A stretch of DNA of 54,828 bases from an uncultured archaeon (lineage in GTDB: Archaea > Aenigmatarchaeota > Aenigmatarchaeia > PWEA01 > JAGHBM01), in the NCBI GenBank assembly GCA_964584335.1, contig CAZOZN010000003.1, forward strand, positions 1 to 54,828, in the 5' to 3' direction. The notes beneath the pieces were generated by a model that did not search any database, had not been told where the DNA came from, and saw only the letters and a program-made list of their open reading frames with translations. This document shows, piece by piece, positions 47,195 through 54,828 of this stretch (position 1 is its first letter; each line of letters begins with the position of its first letter). Both the position numbers and the translations under genes were made by a program.

Positions 47195-49573
47195 TCAAAG
47201 ATTTACTTTTATCTTGATTGAGTTTAACTCTATCCCATTTTCTACTTTACCATAATCAACTTCCTTGACTTTCATTGTACCCTTTATAACAGACTCGGCT
47301 TTTTTAATTTTTTCATCCGCTTCTATTACAATTTTTTCTATTTCTGCATTCATTGCCATGTCGTTTTGCGTCTTATATTGTCTCAAAAGTGAGATAGCAT
47401 CTTTAGCGATTCTTCCAATTTCCAAAACATCTTCATCAACTTTATCAGCTTTTGGCCATTCAGAAACATGTATTGAGCTCTCCGGGCTGAAAATTTCTTG
47501 ATAAATTTCTTCTGTTATGAATGGTATTATAGGAGCATACATTTTTAATATTTTTTTTAAGCATTTATACAAAGTAAATTTTGCTGCAATTTTTGAATTT
47601 TCATCCTTTCCATATATTCTGTGTTTGATCATTTCCAAATAGAAATCACAGAAAATGTTCTTGAAGAAGTTCTCTAAACTTTTTCTTGCTTTGTTTGGAT
47701 TATAATTACTATATCCAGATCCAACTTCTTCTATAACTTTACTTAGCTCATATAAAATCCACTTATCCTCAAGCTTAAGTTCAACTTCTTTTGGTTTATA
47801 AGATTCGAGATGTCCTGCGGTAAATTTTGATGCATTCCATAGTTTTATCATCATTTTCTTTCCTCTTATAACATCTTCTTCTTTATAAATAAAATCTTCT
47901 CCGAGACCAGCGCTTGTTGCCCAGTATCTTAGAACGTCGGCACCGTGTTTTTCTATTATTTTTTCTGGGTTATCACCAACTCCTTTACTACTACTCATAG
48001 CAAGGCCTTTTCCAACATAAACATAACCCGAAATCATAATATCTTTCCATGGTATGTCATCTTCATGTAATTGTGATTTTAGAATAGTATAGAATGCCCA
48101 AGTTCTGATTATATCGTGTGCCTGTGGTCTTAAAGTCATTGGAGTCATCTTATTGAAAAAATCTTTATCACTAACCCATTTTGTTGTTATTTTTGGTGTT
48201 AGTGAAGAAGTCATCCATGTATCCATAACATCCTTTTCTGGCTCTAAGTTTTTCGAACCACATGAACAAGTATAATTCTTTAAACGGGGATCGATTGGAA
48301 GATCCTTTTCATCTGCAACAACTGTTTTTCCACAGTCTTTACAATACCAGACAGGAAAAGGCACCCCATAATATCTCTGGCGCGATATACACCAATCCCA
48401 TTTCAGATTTTTTACCCAATCCTCGTAACGTTTTTGATAATAGTCAGGATACCAGTTTATTTTTTTACCATTCTCAATTAATTTATCTTTATGTTCTAAG
48501 GTTTTTATAAACCATTGTTCAGTCGGTATAAACTCTACAGGAGTATCACATCTCCAGCAACAACCAACATTTTGCTTTAAGTCTTCTTGTTTTATTAGGA
48601 ATCCTTCTTTGTCCAAATCTTCTATAACAACTTTCTTGGCTTCATTTATTTTTAAATTCTGGTATTTACCACAAATTTCATTCATTTTTCCATCCTTTGT
48701 TATGCAAATTTTCAAAGGAAGTTTGTGCTCTCTCCACCATTCTATATCTGTGGTGTCACCAAATGTGCAAATCATAACTATTCCAGAGCCAAATTCCATT
48801 TCCACTTTATCATCTGTCATTATTGGAACTTTTTGTTTGAAAATAGGAACCATGGCCTTTTTTCCAACAATTCTTTTGTATCTTTCATCTTCTGGATGAA
48901 CAAATATACCAACACATGCGGGCAGGAACTCCGGTCTTGTTGTAGCTATTTCTATTTTTTCTCCATCTTCGAGCTCAAAATAAATATAATTTAGCTTGGT
49001 TTTTCTTTCCTTATCTTCAACTTCTGCCTGTGCTAAAGCAGTTTGATGATTAGGGCACCACAACATCGGCTCTTTGTCTCTGTAAATCTGATTTTTTTTG
49101 TACAAATCAACAAAAGATTTCTGCGCTGTTCTGATTGAATAATCGCTGATTGTCTGGTAAAGGGTGGACCAATCAAATGAGAAACCCATTCTCTTGAAAG
49201 TTGCTGTCATATTTTCTTCAAGTTTTGATGCAGCTTCTTTGCATTTTTCTATAAATTTTTTCCTATCTACTTCGCTTTTCTTGACACCCATTTTTTCTTC
49301 AACATATTTTTCTGTTGGTAATCCATTATCATCATACCCGTTAGGGAAGAATACATTATAGCCAGCCATTCTCATAAATCTTGCTATTATCTCAAATTCT
49401 ATATAATTTTTTGCGTGACCCATATGTAGGTATCCGGAGGCGTATCTGGGAGGTGTGTCTATACTGAATACTGGTTTTTCTGAATTAGGATCGAACTTAA
49501 ATATCTGGTCTTTCTCCCATTTCTTGTTCCATTTCTCTTCTGTTTCTTTTGGTTTGTACTTCTTGTCAAGCAT
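47195..49573 (-). CDS. valS: Valyl-tRNA synthetase (archaeal type)
   Basis: IDTPP..SG.LHMGH, ATTRPE, CTFGD, WCISRQR, QAHDIIRTW; KMSKS read as AMSSS. Confidence 0.95.
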   Translation of the reverse strand: MLDKKYKPKETEEKWNKKWEKDQIFKFDPNSEKPVFSIDTPPRYASGYLHMGHAKNYIEFEIIARFMRMAGYNVFFPNGYDDNGLPTEKYVEEKMGVKKSEVDRKKFIEKCKEAASKLEENMTATFKRMGFSFDWSTLYQTISDYSIRTAQKSFVDLYKKNQIYRDKEPMLWCPNHQTALAQAEVEDKERKTKLNYIYFELEDGEKIEIATTRPEFLPACVGIFVHPEDERYKRIVGKKAMVPIFKQKVPIMTDDKVEMEFGSGIVMICTFGDTTDIEWWREHKLPLKICITKDGKMNEICGKYQNLKINEAKKVVIEDLDKEGFLIKQEDLKQNVGCCWRCDTPVEFIPTEQWFIKTLEHKDKLIENGKKINWYPDYYQKRYEDWVKNLKWDWCISRQRYYGVPFPVWYCKDCGKTVVADEKDLPIDPRLKNYTCSCGSKNLEPEKDVMDTWMTSSLTPKITTKWVSDKDFFNKMTPMTLRPQAHDIIRTWAFYTILKSQLHEDDIPWKDIMISGYVYVGKGLAMSSSKGVGDNPEKIIEKHGADVLRYWATSAGLGEDFIYKEEDVIRGKKMMIKLWNASKFTAGHLESYKPKEVELKLEDKWILYELSKVIEEVGSGYSNYNPNKARKSLENFFKNIFCDFYLEMIKHRIYGKDENSKIAAKFTLYKCLKKILKMYAPIIPFITEEIYQEIFSPESSIHVSEWPKADKVDEDVLEIGRIAKDAISLLRQYKTQNDMAMNAEIEKIVIEADEKIKKAESVIKGTMKVKEVDYGKVENGIELNSIKIKVNL

Positions 49574-49674
49574 AAATATCATTTAAGGGGAAAGAATTTA
49601 TAAGTTTTCAAAAGCCGTGGATAACACTAGGTTGTTAAAAAATAAAAATTAAAAAGAAAAAAAATCAGGGGGGT

Positions 49675-50346
49675 TTATTTCTTTTTCTTTCTTCTCTTTT
49701 TTGTTCTTGTTCTTTTTTTCTTGAAATCTCTTGCGTAGTCTTTGCCCATTTCTTTAACGACATCTTTGAATCCCAAACCTATTGCTATAGCCATTCCTAT
49801 TCCCACTGCACCGACTATAACCAATAATAAGTTTCCTATTAGTTCTGTTCTGATTTGGATTATTGGCAATGCTACAGCGATTCCAAGATAAATTATTAAG
49901 AAGAAAATCACTTTTCCTAGCATGTCTGCGTATATTGTCTTCGCTGAAAGTATCTCGTCTTTTACATACACTGCGATGGCGTATGATGCTATTATTACTA
50001 TTACTGCTCCTATTATTTGTGGTATAAAGAATACTATTTCTGTCATGATTACTGTCAATGCCTGTATGTTTAGTATGTCTGCTGCGCCTACAAAAGCTAC
50101 TGTATAAATTGTCCATCTTGTTATTACATCAAAGACTGAACTTGCTCTAAATCTTATGTGCTCTTCTTTCCTTAGATACTTGTCTACTCCTGTTCTTATT
50201 AGAATTTCTCTTACTACTAGTCCCATGACTTTTCCTACTATAAAACCTACTATTAGTAGGATTATAGCCCCGATTAGGTTTGGTACAAACGTTAAAAACG
50301 GGTACCAAATGTTTTTCGCTATTAGTTGTAAAGAGGCTAATGCCAT
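49675..50346 (-). CDS. Multi-pass 'TM helix repeat' protein (MscS/CmpX-associated family)
   Basis: Two FxPx(L/I)IGA repeats; AIAIGLGFKD. Confidence 0.75.
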   Translation of the reverse strand: MALASLQLIAKNIWYPFLTFVPNLIGAIILLIVGFIVGKVMGLVVREILIRTGVDKYLRKEEHIRFRASSVFDVITRWTIYTVAFVGAADILNIQALTVIMTEIVFFIPQIIGAVIVIIASYAIAVYVKDEILSAKTIYADMLGKVIFFLIIYLGIAVALPIIQIRTELIGNLLLVIVGAVGIGMAIAIGLGFKDVVKEMGKDYARDFKKKRTRTKKRRKKKK

Positions 50347-50473
50347 TTATATTTCACCTATTAAGTTTTGTATAAGCTATTTAAAAATGTTTTGGGCTAT
50401 TTAAAAAGCTTTTGGTTAGTTTAAATATTAAACAAGACTTTATAAATTTTGTAACCAATATTAGATACTGAAT

Positions 50474-50587
50474 GGGCCCGTAGTGTAGTTTGGTTTAGCA
50501 TTTCAGCCCGGGGAATTTTTCCGGAGCGCTGGCGACTCGAGAAAATATTTTATAAATTCGGGAATTCGAATCTCGACGGGCCCACCA
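50474..50587 (+). tRNA. tRNA-Pro(GGG), 2 introns (37/38, 13 nt, 50514-50526; 53/54, 23 nt, 50542-50564), encoded CCA
   Basis: GGGCCCG/CGGGCCC; BHB helices CCGG/CCGG and CTCG/CGGG; TCGAG/CTCGA T stem. Confidence 0.88.
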
Positions 50588-50610
50588 ATAATATAAATTT
50601 TCATTTGTTT

Positions 50611-50808
50611 GGGCTGGTAGATCAGTGGAAGACTGACGCATTCCTTTGCGTTTTCTACTTTAGATCGCCACCTTCGCATGGCCCTTTGGAAAAAGCGCTA
50701 GCGAAAAGAGGGTTAGAAATAGGTGGAGGCCACGGGTTCAAAGAGGCCTTTCTTAAAAAGAAAGCACTCTTTCAAATATTTTATTTGAAAATCCCGTCCA
50801 GTCCACCA
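50611..50808 (+). tRNA. tRNA-Ala(CGC), 3 introns (D-loop 50630-50661; 37/38 50679-50720; 59/60 50743-50791), encoded CCA
   Basis: GGGCTGG/CCAGTCC with G3:U70; CCACC/GGTGG; ACGGG/CCCGT. Confidence 0.92.
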
Positions 50809-50859
50809 TTTTATAATATTTATTTTAATGATTGTAAAATAGTCATGGGGGGTGCTTAA

Positions 50860-51294
50860 ATGAACGTAACTGATTTGCTTTTGAACGATCATTGTAAAAT
50901 TGAAAGGAGTATTGGTTCTTTTATTGATAGTTTGGGTAAAGAGGAATCTTACAATAATATTGAAAATCTTTTATGGCAAATAGAGAAGCATATATTCATA
51001 GAGGAAAGGGTCATATTTACTTTTTTGAGAAAAACCGATAAAGAAGATTATAAATCTATACCTGAACTAGAAAGGGAACATGATGAAATACTTAGAATTA
51101 TGGATGATATAAATTTGAATTTGATTGATAAGAAGGACCAGGTTGTTTTGGAATTAGTTAAGGATATGAAGAAAATAATTTTAAATCATAAGAAATTTGA
51201 AGAAGAGAAAATATATCCTAAACTGGATGTCGAGTTAAGCGAAGAACAAAAGAACATAATTTTGGGAAGAATTAATGATATTAAATTAAATTGA
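50860..51294 (+). CDS. Hemerythrin/HHE cation-binding domain protein
   Basis: DH, HIFIEE, EH, HKKFEE..IYP. Confidence 0.85.
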   Translation: MNVTDLLLNDHCKIERSIGSFIDSLGKEESYNNIENLLWQIEKHIFIEERVIFTFLRKTDKEDYKSIPELEREHDEILRIMDDINLNLIDKKDQVVLELVKDMKKIILNHKKFEEEKIYPKLDVELSEEQKNIILGRINDIKLN

Positions 51295-51311
51295 ATTTTT
51301 TTGTGTTTAAA

Positions 51312-51929
51312 ATGGATTTAATAAAAGAAATAAACAGACTTAGAAAATCCAGTATATCCAACAAAGTAAATAAAAGGCTTGATGAATTCTATAATTTAGG
51401 CAAGATGGATAATAAAGAGTGGTTTTCTGAACTGTGTTTTTGCATACTTACTGCAAACTCAAAGGCCTCTACTGCAATAGAAATACAAAAAGAGCTGGGA
51501 CCAGAAGGTTTCCTCTGCTCAAGTAAGGAGGGTCTGAGCAATTGTATAAGAAGAAACAAGCACCGTTTCCATAACAACAAATCTAGCTATATATTTAACG
51601 CCAGAGAGTTCAAAAATATAAAAGATATACTTAAAAAAGAAAATGACCCTAGAGAGTGGCTTGTAAATAACGTAAAAGGTCTTGGATGGAAAGAAAGCAG
51701 CCATTTTCTGAGGAATCTGGGTTACGAAGAATATGCTATACTGGACAGACATATAATAAACCTTCTTTATGAAGGAGGTTACATAGAAAAAAAACCCAAA
51801 ACTTTGTCAAAAAAGATTTACATGGATATAGAGAAAAAATTTAAGTCTTTGGCCAATAAACTGAATATGTCTTTACCTGAGCTCGACCTTTATATGTGGT
51901 ATCTTAAGACAGGTAAGATACTAAAATAG
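51312..51929 (+). CDS. ogg: 8-oxoguanine DNA glycosylase/lyase (Ogg2)
   Basis: ELCFCILTAN, VKGLGWKESSHFLRN, ILDRH, DLYMWY, C-terminal K. Confidence 0.93.
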   Translation: MDLIKEINRLRKSSISNKVNKRLDEFYNLGKMDNKEWFSELCFCILTANSKASTAIEIQKELGPEGFLCSSKEGLSNCIRRNKHRFHNNKSSYIFNAREFKNIKDILKKENDPREWLVNNVKGLGWKESSHFLRNLGYEEYAILDRHIINLLYEGGYIEKKPKTLSKKIYMDIEKKFKSLANKLNMSLPELDLYMWYLKTGKILK

Positions 51930-51972
51930 CAAATGAAATCTTTTTATACATAACACCGAAAATTATTTGCAT

Positions 51973-52141
51973 GGACTCGTAGCTCAGCTTGGAAGGAGAC
52001 TTTCTTTTTCACAAAAAAAAGAGAGGACTGAGCAATTAGAGCGCTACGCTGATAATTTTTTGGAAACGTAGAGGTCGGGAGTTCAAATACAAATCCCTGA
52101 GAAATTCGATTGGGGTGATGAAAATCTCCCCGGGTCCACCA
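51973..52141 (+). tRNA. tRNA-Ile(GAT), 3 introns (D-loop 51993-52035; 37/38, 11 nt, 52055-52065; 59/60 52088-52124), encoded CCA
   Basis: GGACTCG/CGGGTCC; CTACG/CGTAG; BHB helices GCTT/GAGC, CTGA/TTGG, TTCA/TGAA. Confidence 0.92.
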
Positions 52142-52206
52142 ACAAATCCTTTTTCATAAAAAGGTTTTGTATTCCCAAACTTGGAAATATTCATATTTCC
52201 CGAAAA
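52142..52206 (+). repeat. Free-standing double-hairpin homologous to tRNA intron modules
   Basis: CAAATCCTTTTTCATAAAAAGGTTTTGTATTCCCAAACTTGGAAAT... matches tRNA-Thr T-loop intron CAAATCCCTTTTCGAAAAAGGTTTTTGCATTTCCCAAAACTTAGAAAC... Confidence 0.75.
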
Positions 52207-52217
52207 AATAGAATAAT

Positions 52218-52446
52218 GCCTGGGTAGCTCAGCGGTTAGAGACGGGTTATCCGTTAAGACAAAAGCGCTAGACTCATAAGGTTTTATGAGTTTTGAGCCT
52301 ATTTGGCTGTGAAATAAAAAGCGTGAACTCTAGAGGTCGTGGGTTCAAAGAGGCCTTTCTTCAAAAGAAAGCACTCGTGGAAAGAACTTGGAAATGATTT
52401 TCATTTCCCAGCTTGAAACCACATGAAAACCCCACCCCAGGCACCA
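52218..52446 (+). tRNA. Elongator tRNA-Met(CAT), 3 introns (D arm ~52240-52263; 38/39 52280-52328; 59/60 52350-52429), encoded CCA
   Basis: GCCTGGG/CCCAGGC (G1:C72, no initiator features); CTAGA/TCTAG; BHB TCAT/GTGA and TTCA/TGAA. Confidence 0.88.
52280..52328 (+). ncRNA. Putative intron-encoded single-K-turn guide for Cm34 of tRNA-Met
   Basis: TTATGAGTT antisense to GACTCATAA, then TTGA-GCC-loop-GGC-TGT-GAAA K-turn; D+5 pairs with C34. Confidence 0.65.
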
Positions 52447-52477
52447 ATTTTTTATACTATTTTTAACAACTATAATT

Positions 52478-52675
52478 ATGAAAAGGTACTGTATCACAAT
52501 TTTATTGATATTTCTAGTATTTTTCTCTTTCTTTAGCAGTTCAGTTATTTCTGATTATAATGAAGAGGAAGAAAAAATTTTTGTTTTTGGTAACAGTGAA
52601 GTTTTGTTTGCCACACTTGTTATTGTTTTGCTTTTGATGGGCATGATACTTATCGGACACACCATAAAGTATTGA
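52478..52675 (+). CDS. Small two-TM hypothetical protein
   Basis: Two hydrophobic segments around an acidic loop. Confidence 0.5.
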   Translation: MKRYCITILLIFLVFFSFFSSSVISDYNEEEEKIFVFGNSEVLFATLVIVLLLMGMILIGHTIKY

Positions 52676-53509
52676 TTATTTTCTTAGATGTATTTCTATG
52701 ATGTCTTTATCTTTCAGTTCATGTTCTAGGCCAACTTTTTGTCCCCTGAAGCTTGCTGATGGACCCGTTATCTTTGCAAATTTAAAGTAGCGAAGGAAAT
52801 CCTTATGAAGCCTTTTTGAAACATCCTCCACATTCGATTTTTTTTCTATAACCATAGGTTTGGTTGCTGTTTTCCCGGGTTCTTTCGTGTATACTCTTAT
52901 CAGGCCAAGCACATTCCATAATTTCTTAAAAAAATCTTTTTTGCTAATTGAGAAATCTATGAAAGTATATTTTTTAAAATTGTTTTCTTTTTCTATTTTT
53001 TCTAGTTTTTTTATTTGCTCTTCTTTATCAAAAAACTTTCCTATAAAGAACACAATCATGTCGGATGTTTTTGCTACTGATAAGACTTCCGGTGTTAGTG
53101 TTGATGGTATCTCAACCAATTGTATTTTGACTCCTTCAAATTCTAGCATACCAACCTCTGGTTCCGTTGTAGTGTAAGGGTAATCTGCTATTTTTGGCTC
53201 TGAATTTGTCATTTTTTTTAAAAATGTTGATTTACCGGAATTCACTAATCCTATTATTGAAACTTGCGCGTCCCCCTCTTTTTTTACTGATATCGACTTT
53301 CCTCCTGATGCCTTTAATTTTTCTTTTTCCATTTCTTCTCTTAGTTCTGAAAGTTTTCTTTTGTATTTTGCCCTTATCTTGTCTGTTGCCTTGTTTTTTG
53401 GTGTATGTGACAGAACTTCTTTTAATTTTTTTATTTTTTCTTTTGCGCTTTTTGCCTTTTGATATTCTTCATAATACTTGTTCCATTCTGCAGGTAGATT
53501 TGTTGGCAT
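52676..53509 (-). CDS. DRG/Obg-family GTPase-like protein with TGS domain (shortened, degenerate G3/G4)
   Basis: PKNKATD, VKKEGDAQV, GLVNSGKST, YPYTT, IRVYTK, GQKVGLEHEL.D.D. Confidence 0.85.
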   Translation of the reverse strand: MPTNLPAEWNKYYEEYQKAKSAKEKIKKLKEVLSHTPKNKATDKIRAKYKRKLSELREEMEKEKLKASGGKSISVKKEGDAQVSIIGLVNSGKSTFLKKMTNSEPKIADYPYTTTEPEVGMLEFEGVKIQLVEIPSTLTPEVLSVAKTSDMIVFFIGKFFDKEEQIKKLEKIEKENNFKKYTFIDFSISKKDFFKKLWNVLGLIRVYTKEPGKTATKPMVIEKKSNVEDVSKRLHKDFLRYFKFAKITGPSASFRGQKVGLEHELKDKDIIEIHLRK

Positions 53510-53547
53510 ATAGAATAGTACTTGCCTTAAAAATAAAAATAGTTAAC

Positions 53548-54117
53548 TCAATTGCTTATTTTCAAAACGTATAGTTTTTCCCATGGTATTTTCTTTTTGT
53601 TTAACAACTCTACTCTGAAATTTAATTCATTGAAAATATTTTTTACCTCTTTTGGCCCGGTTAAGGAAGAAATTACTGTCAGTGAAATTCCGTTTTCTTT
53701 TAGATGTTTTCCCAATTCTTTTGCAAATTTTTCTATCAATTCTCTCCCATTTTCTCCACCGGCCCATTGTTCCGAGTCCTCGTAAAGGCCTCTTTTTTCA
53801 GGCAAGTATGGGGGATTAAAAATTATTAAATCAAATTTTCCTTCTACTTTTTCAAATAAGTCACTTTTTAGAAATTCTATGTTTTTTATTTTGTTTGATT
53901 TTGCATTTTCTTTGGCTTTTTCTAGTGTTTTTTCATTTATATCGACAGCCAATACTTTTTCTGCTTTATATGAGGCTAAAACAGCCTGTAAACCCGATCC
54001 CGTTCCCATATCCAAAACTCTTCCTTTTGAGTACTTTTTTACCTCTTCTGCAAGAATAAAACTGTCTTCTCTTGGTTCATATACTCCACTGACATCTAGT
54101 TCGTAATCGCCGATTTT
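53548..54117 (-). CDS. HemK2/PrmC-like (aRF1 glutamine) methyltransferase
   Basis: VYEPREDS, LDMGTGSG, FNPPYLP, WAGGENG. Confidence 0.9.
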   Translation of the reverse strand, partial: KIGDYELDVSGVYEPREDSFILAEEVKKYSKGRVLDMGTGSGLQAVLASYKAEKVLAVDINEKTLEKAKENAKSNKIKNIEFLKSDLFEKVEGKFDLIIFNPPYLPEKRGLYEDSEQWAGGENGRELIEKFAKELGKHLKENGISLTVISSLTGPKEVKNIFNELNFRVELLNKKKIPWEKLYVLKISN

Positions 54118-54127
54118 CATAAATAAG

Positions 54128-54451
54128 GTGATTTTCAATGATTTAAATAATAAAGAATTAAAGAGATTAATTATGTCTAAGCCGGATTTGATTAGTGTTA
54201 CAGCCAGAATAGAAAAGGAAGATTATGATTTGTTAAAGGAATTCAAGGAAAGGGGCTATATTTTTACTATAAGTGAGTGTGTGAGAGGAGCTATCCGGGA
54301 ATTAAGTGATGAATATTTTATTAATGATAATATAGAACATCTAAAAAAGCAGATATACCTTAAAAAAGGCGGACACAAAAGTTTTTATGATGTTTTCTCT
54401 AAGGGCATAGAGAATATGGAAAGCTTTAGGTATCCAGAAAAATATTTTTAA
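54128..54451 (+). CDS. Ribbon-helix-helix (CopG-like) protein
   Basis: ISVTARIEKEDYDLLKEFKERGYIFTISECVRGAIREL. Confidence 0.6.
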   Translation: MIFNDLNNKELKRLIMSKPDLISVTARIEKEDYDLLKEFKERGYIFTISECVRGAIRELSDEYFINDNIEHLKKQIYLKKGGHKSFYDVFSKGIENMESFRYPEKYF

Positions 54452-54468
54452 TAAAAAATAAAGAAAAG

Positions 54469-54828
54469 TTATGCTGTTCCTGAGATAGTTCCTGTACTGT
54501 TGAAATCTCCACCGTAGTCTTCATATTGATATTGTATTGCAACATCAAACTGGTAAACTTCTCCTGAATCAGGTGCCGTTACTCCGCAAGTTGTAAAGCT
54601 TACGTTAATCCAGTTTTCGGTTTTTTCTCCTGCTGTTAAGTCTCTGTCCGGAAGGCTGCAACTATTACCTTCGATGTATATTTCATTTACTGTTATATCT
54701 TTACCTACTCTGTTTTCTAGAATGAAATTAAGGTCGTCTCCGGATATTCCCCAAGTATCTACATAAACTTTTGTAAATCCTATCTTGCTTTCTCCTACTA
54801 GTCTTCCTGGGGAGAATACACCGTAGTA
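54469..54828 (-). CDS. Partial (5' end outside window) probable type IV pilin-like protein
   Basis: Open frame YYGVFSPGRL...FILENRVGKDITVNEI...TGTISGTA*; resembles the post-hydrophobic part of archaeal pilins. Confidence 0.6.
   Translation of the reverse strand, partial: YYGVFSPGRLVGESKIGFTKVYVDTWGISGDDLNFILENRVGKDITVNEIYIEGNSCSLPDRDLTAGEKTENWINVSFTTCGVTAPDSGEVYQFDVAIQYQYEDYGGDFNSTGTISGTA

Noticed and set aside
50679-50720. tRNA-Ala(CGC) intron contains GCGAA, complementary to its anticodon loop
   Set aside because: Only 5 bp, with no following TTGA/K-turn in D+5 register; not called a guide
50605-50859. 84-aa plus-strand ORF
   Set aside because: Coincides with three-intron tRNA-Ala
34005-52446. 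Repeated hairpins as a CRISPR array or split/permuted tRNAs
   Set aside because: No regular repeat-spacer period, no cas genes; each tRNA is complete and colinear
52218-52446. tRNA(CAT) as initiator Met or agmatidine Ile2
   Set aside because: Lacks A1:U72 and the three G:C anticodon-stem pairs; GCC- acceptor start fits elongator Met (Ile2 not formally excluded)

Overview
Core-chromosome segment of an AT-rich archaeon. Evidence: aEF-2 with the HRG diphthamide loop, aRF1, eS17, Nop5/fibrillarin, CarS, an S-layer gene and BHB-intron tRNAs. The giant surface proteins and a pilin suggest a DPANN lineage (inference). Four things stand out. (1) A ~16-kb minus-strand operon encodes paralogous glycosylated surface proteins. 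It includes a 2969-aa protein fusing an extracellular 7-bladed FG-GAP propeller and beta-rich stalk, through one TM helix, to a cytoplasmic HerA/VirB4-type ATPase. (2) All 8 tRNA genes are interrupted (about 19 introns, up to 3 per gene, mostly non-canonical positions). Several introns share hairpin modules, one of which also stands free between two tRNAs. (3) The anticodon introns of tRNA-Leu(CAA) and tRNA-Met(CAT) each carry an antisense copy of their own anticodon loop followed by a K-turn. In both, the C/D 'D+5' rule lands exactly on wobble C34, so they are candidate intron-encoded minimal self-guides for Cm34. (4) A DXR (IspC) homologue with a remodelled substrate pocket overlaps a PgsA-like gene in a lipid cluster, while isopentenyl phosphate kinase (mevalonate route) is also present. 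All family calls are from motif recognition by eye; no searches were run.
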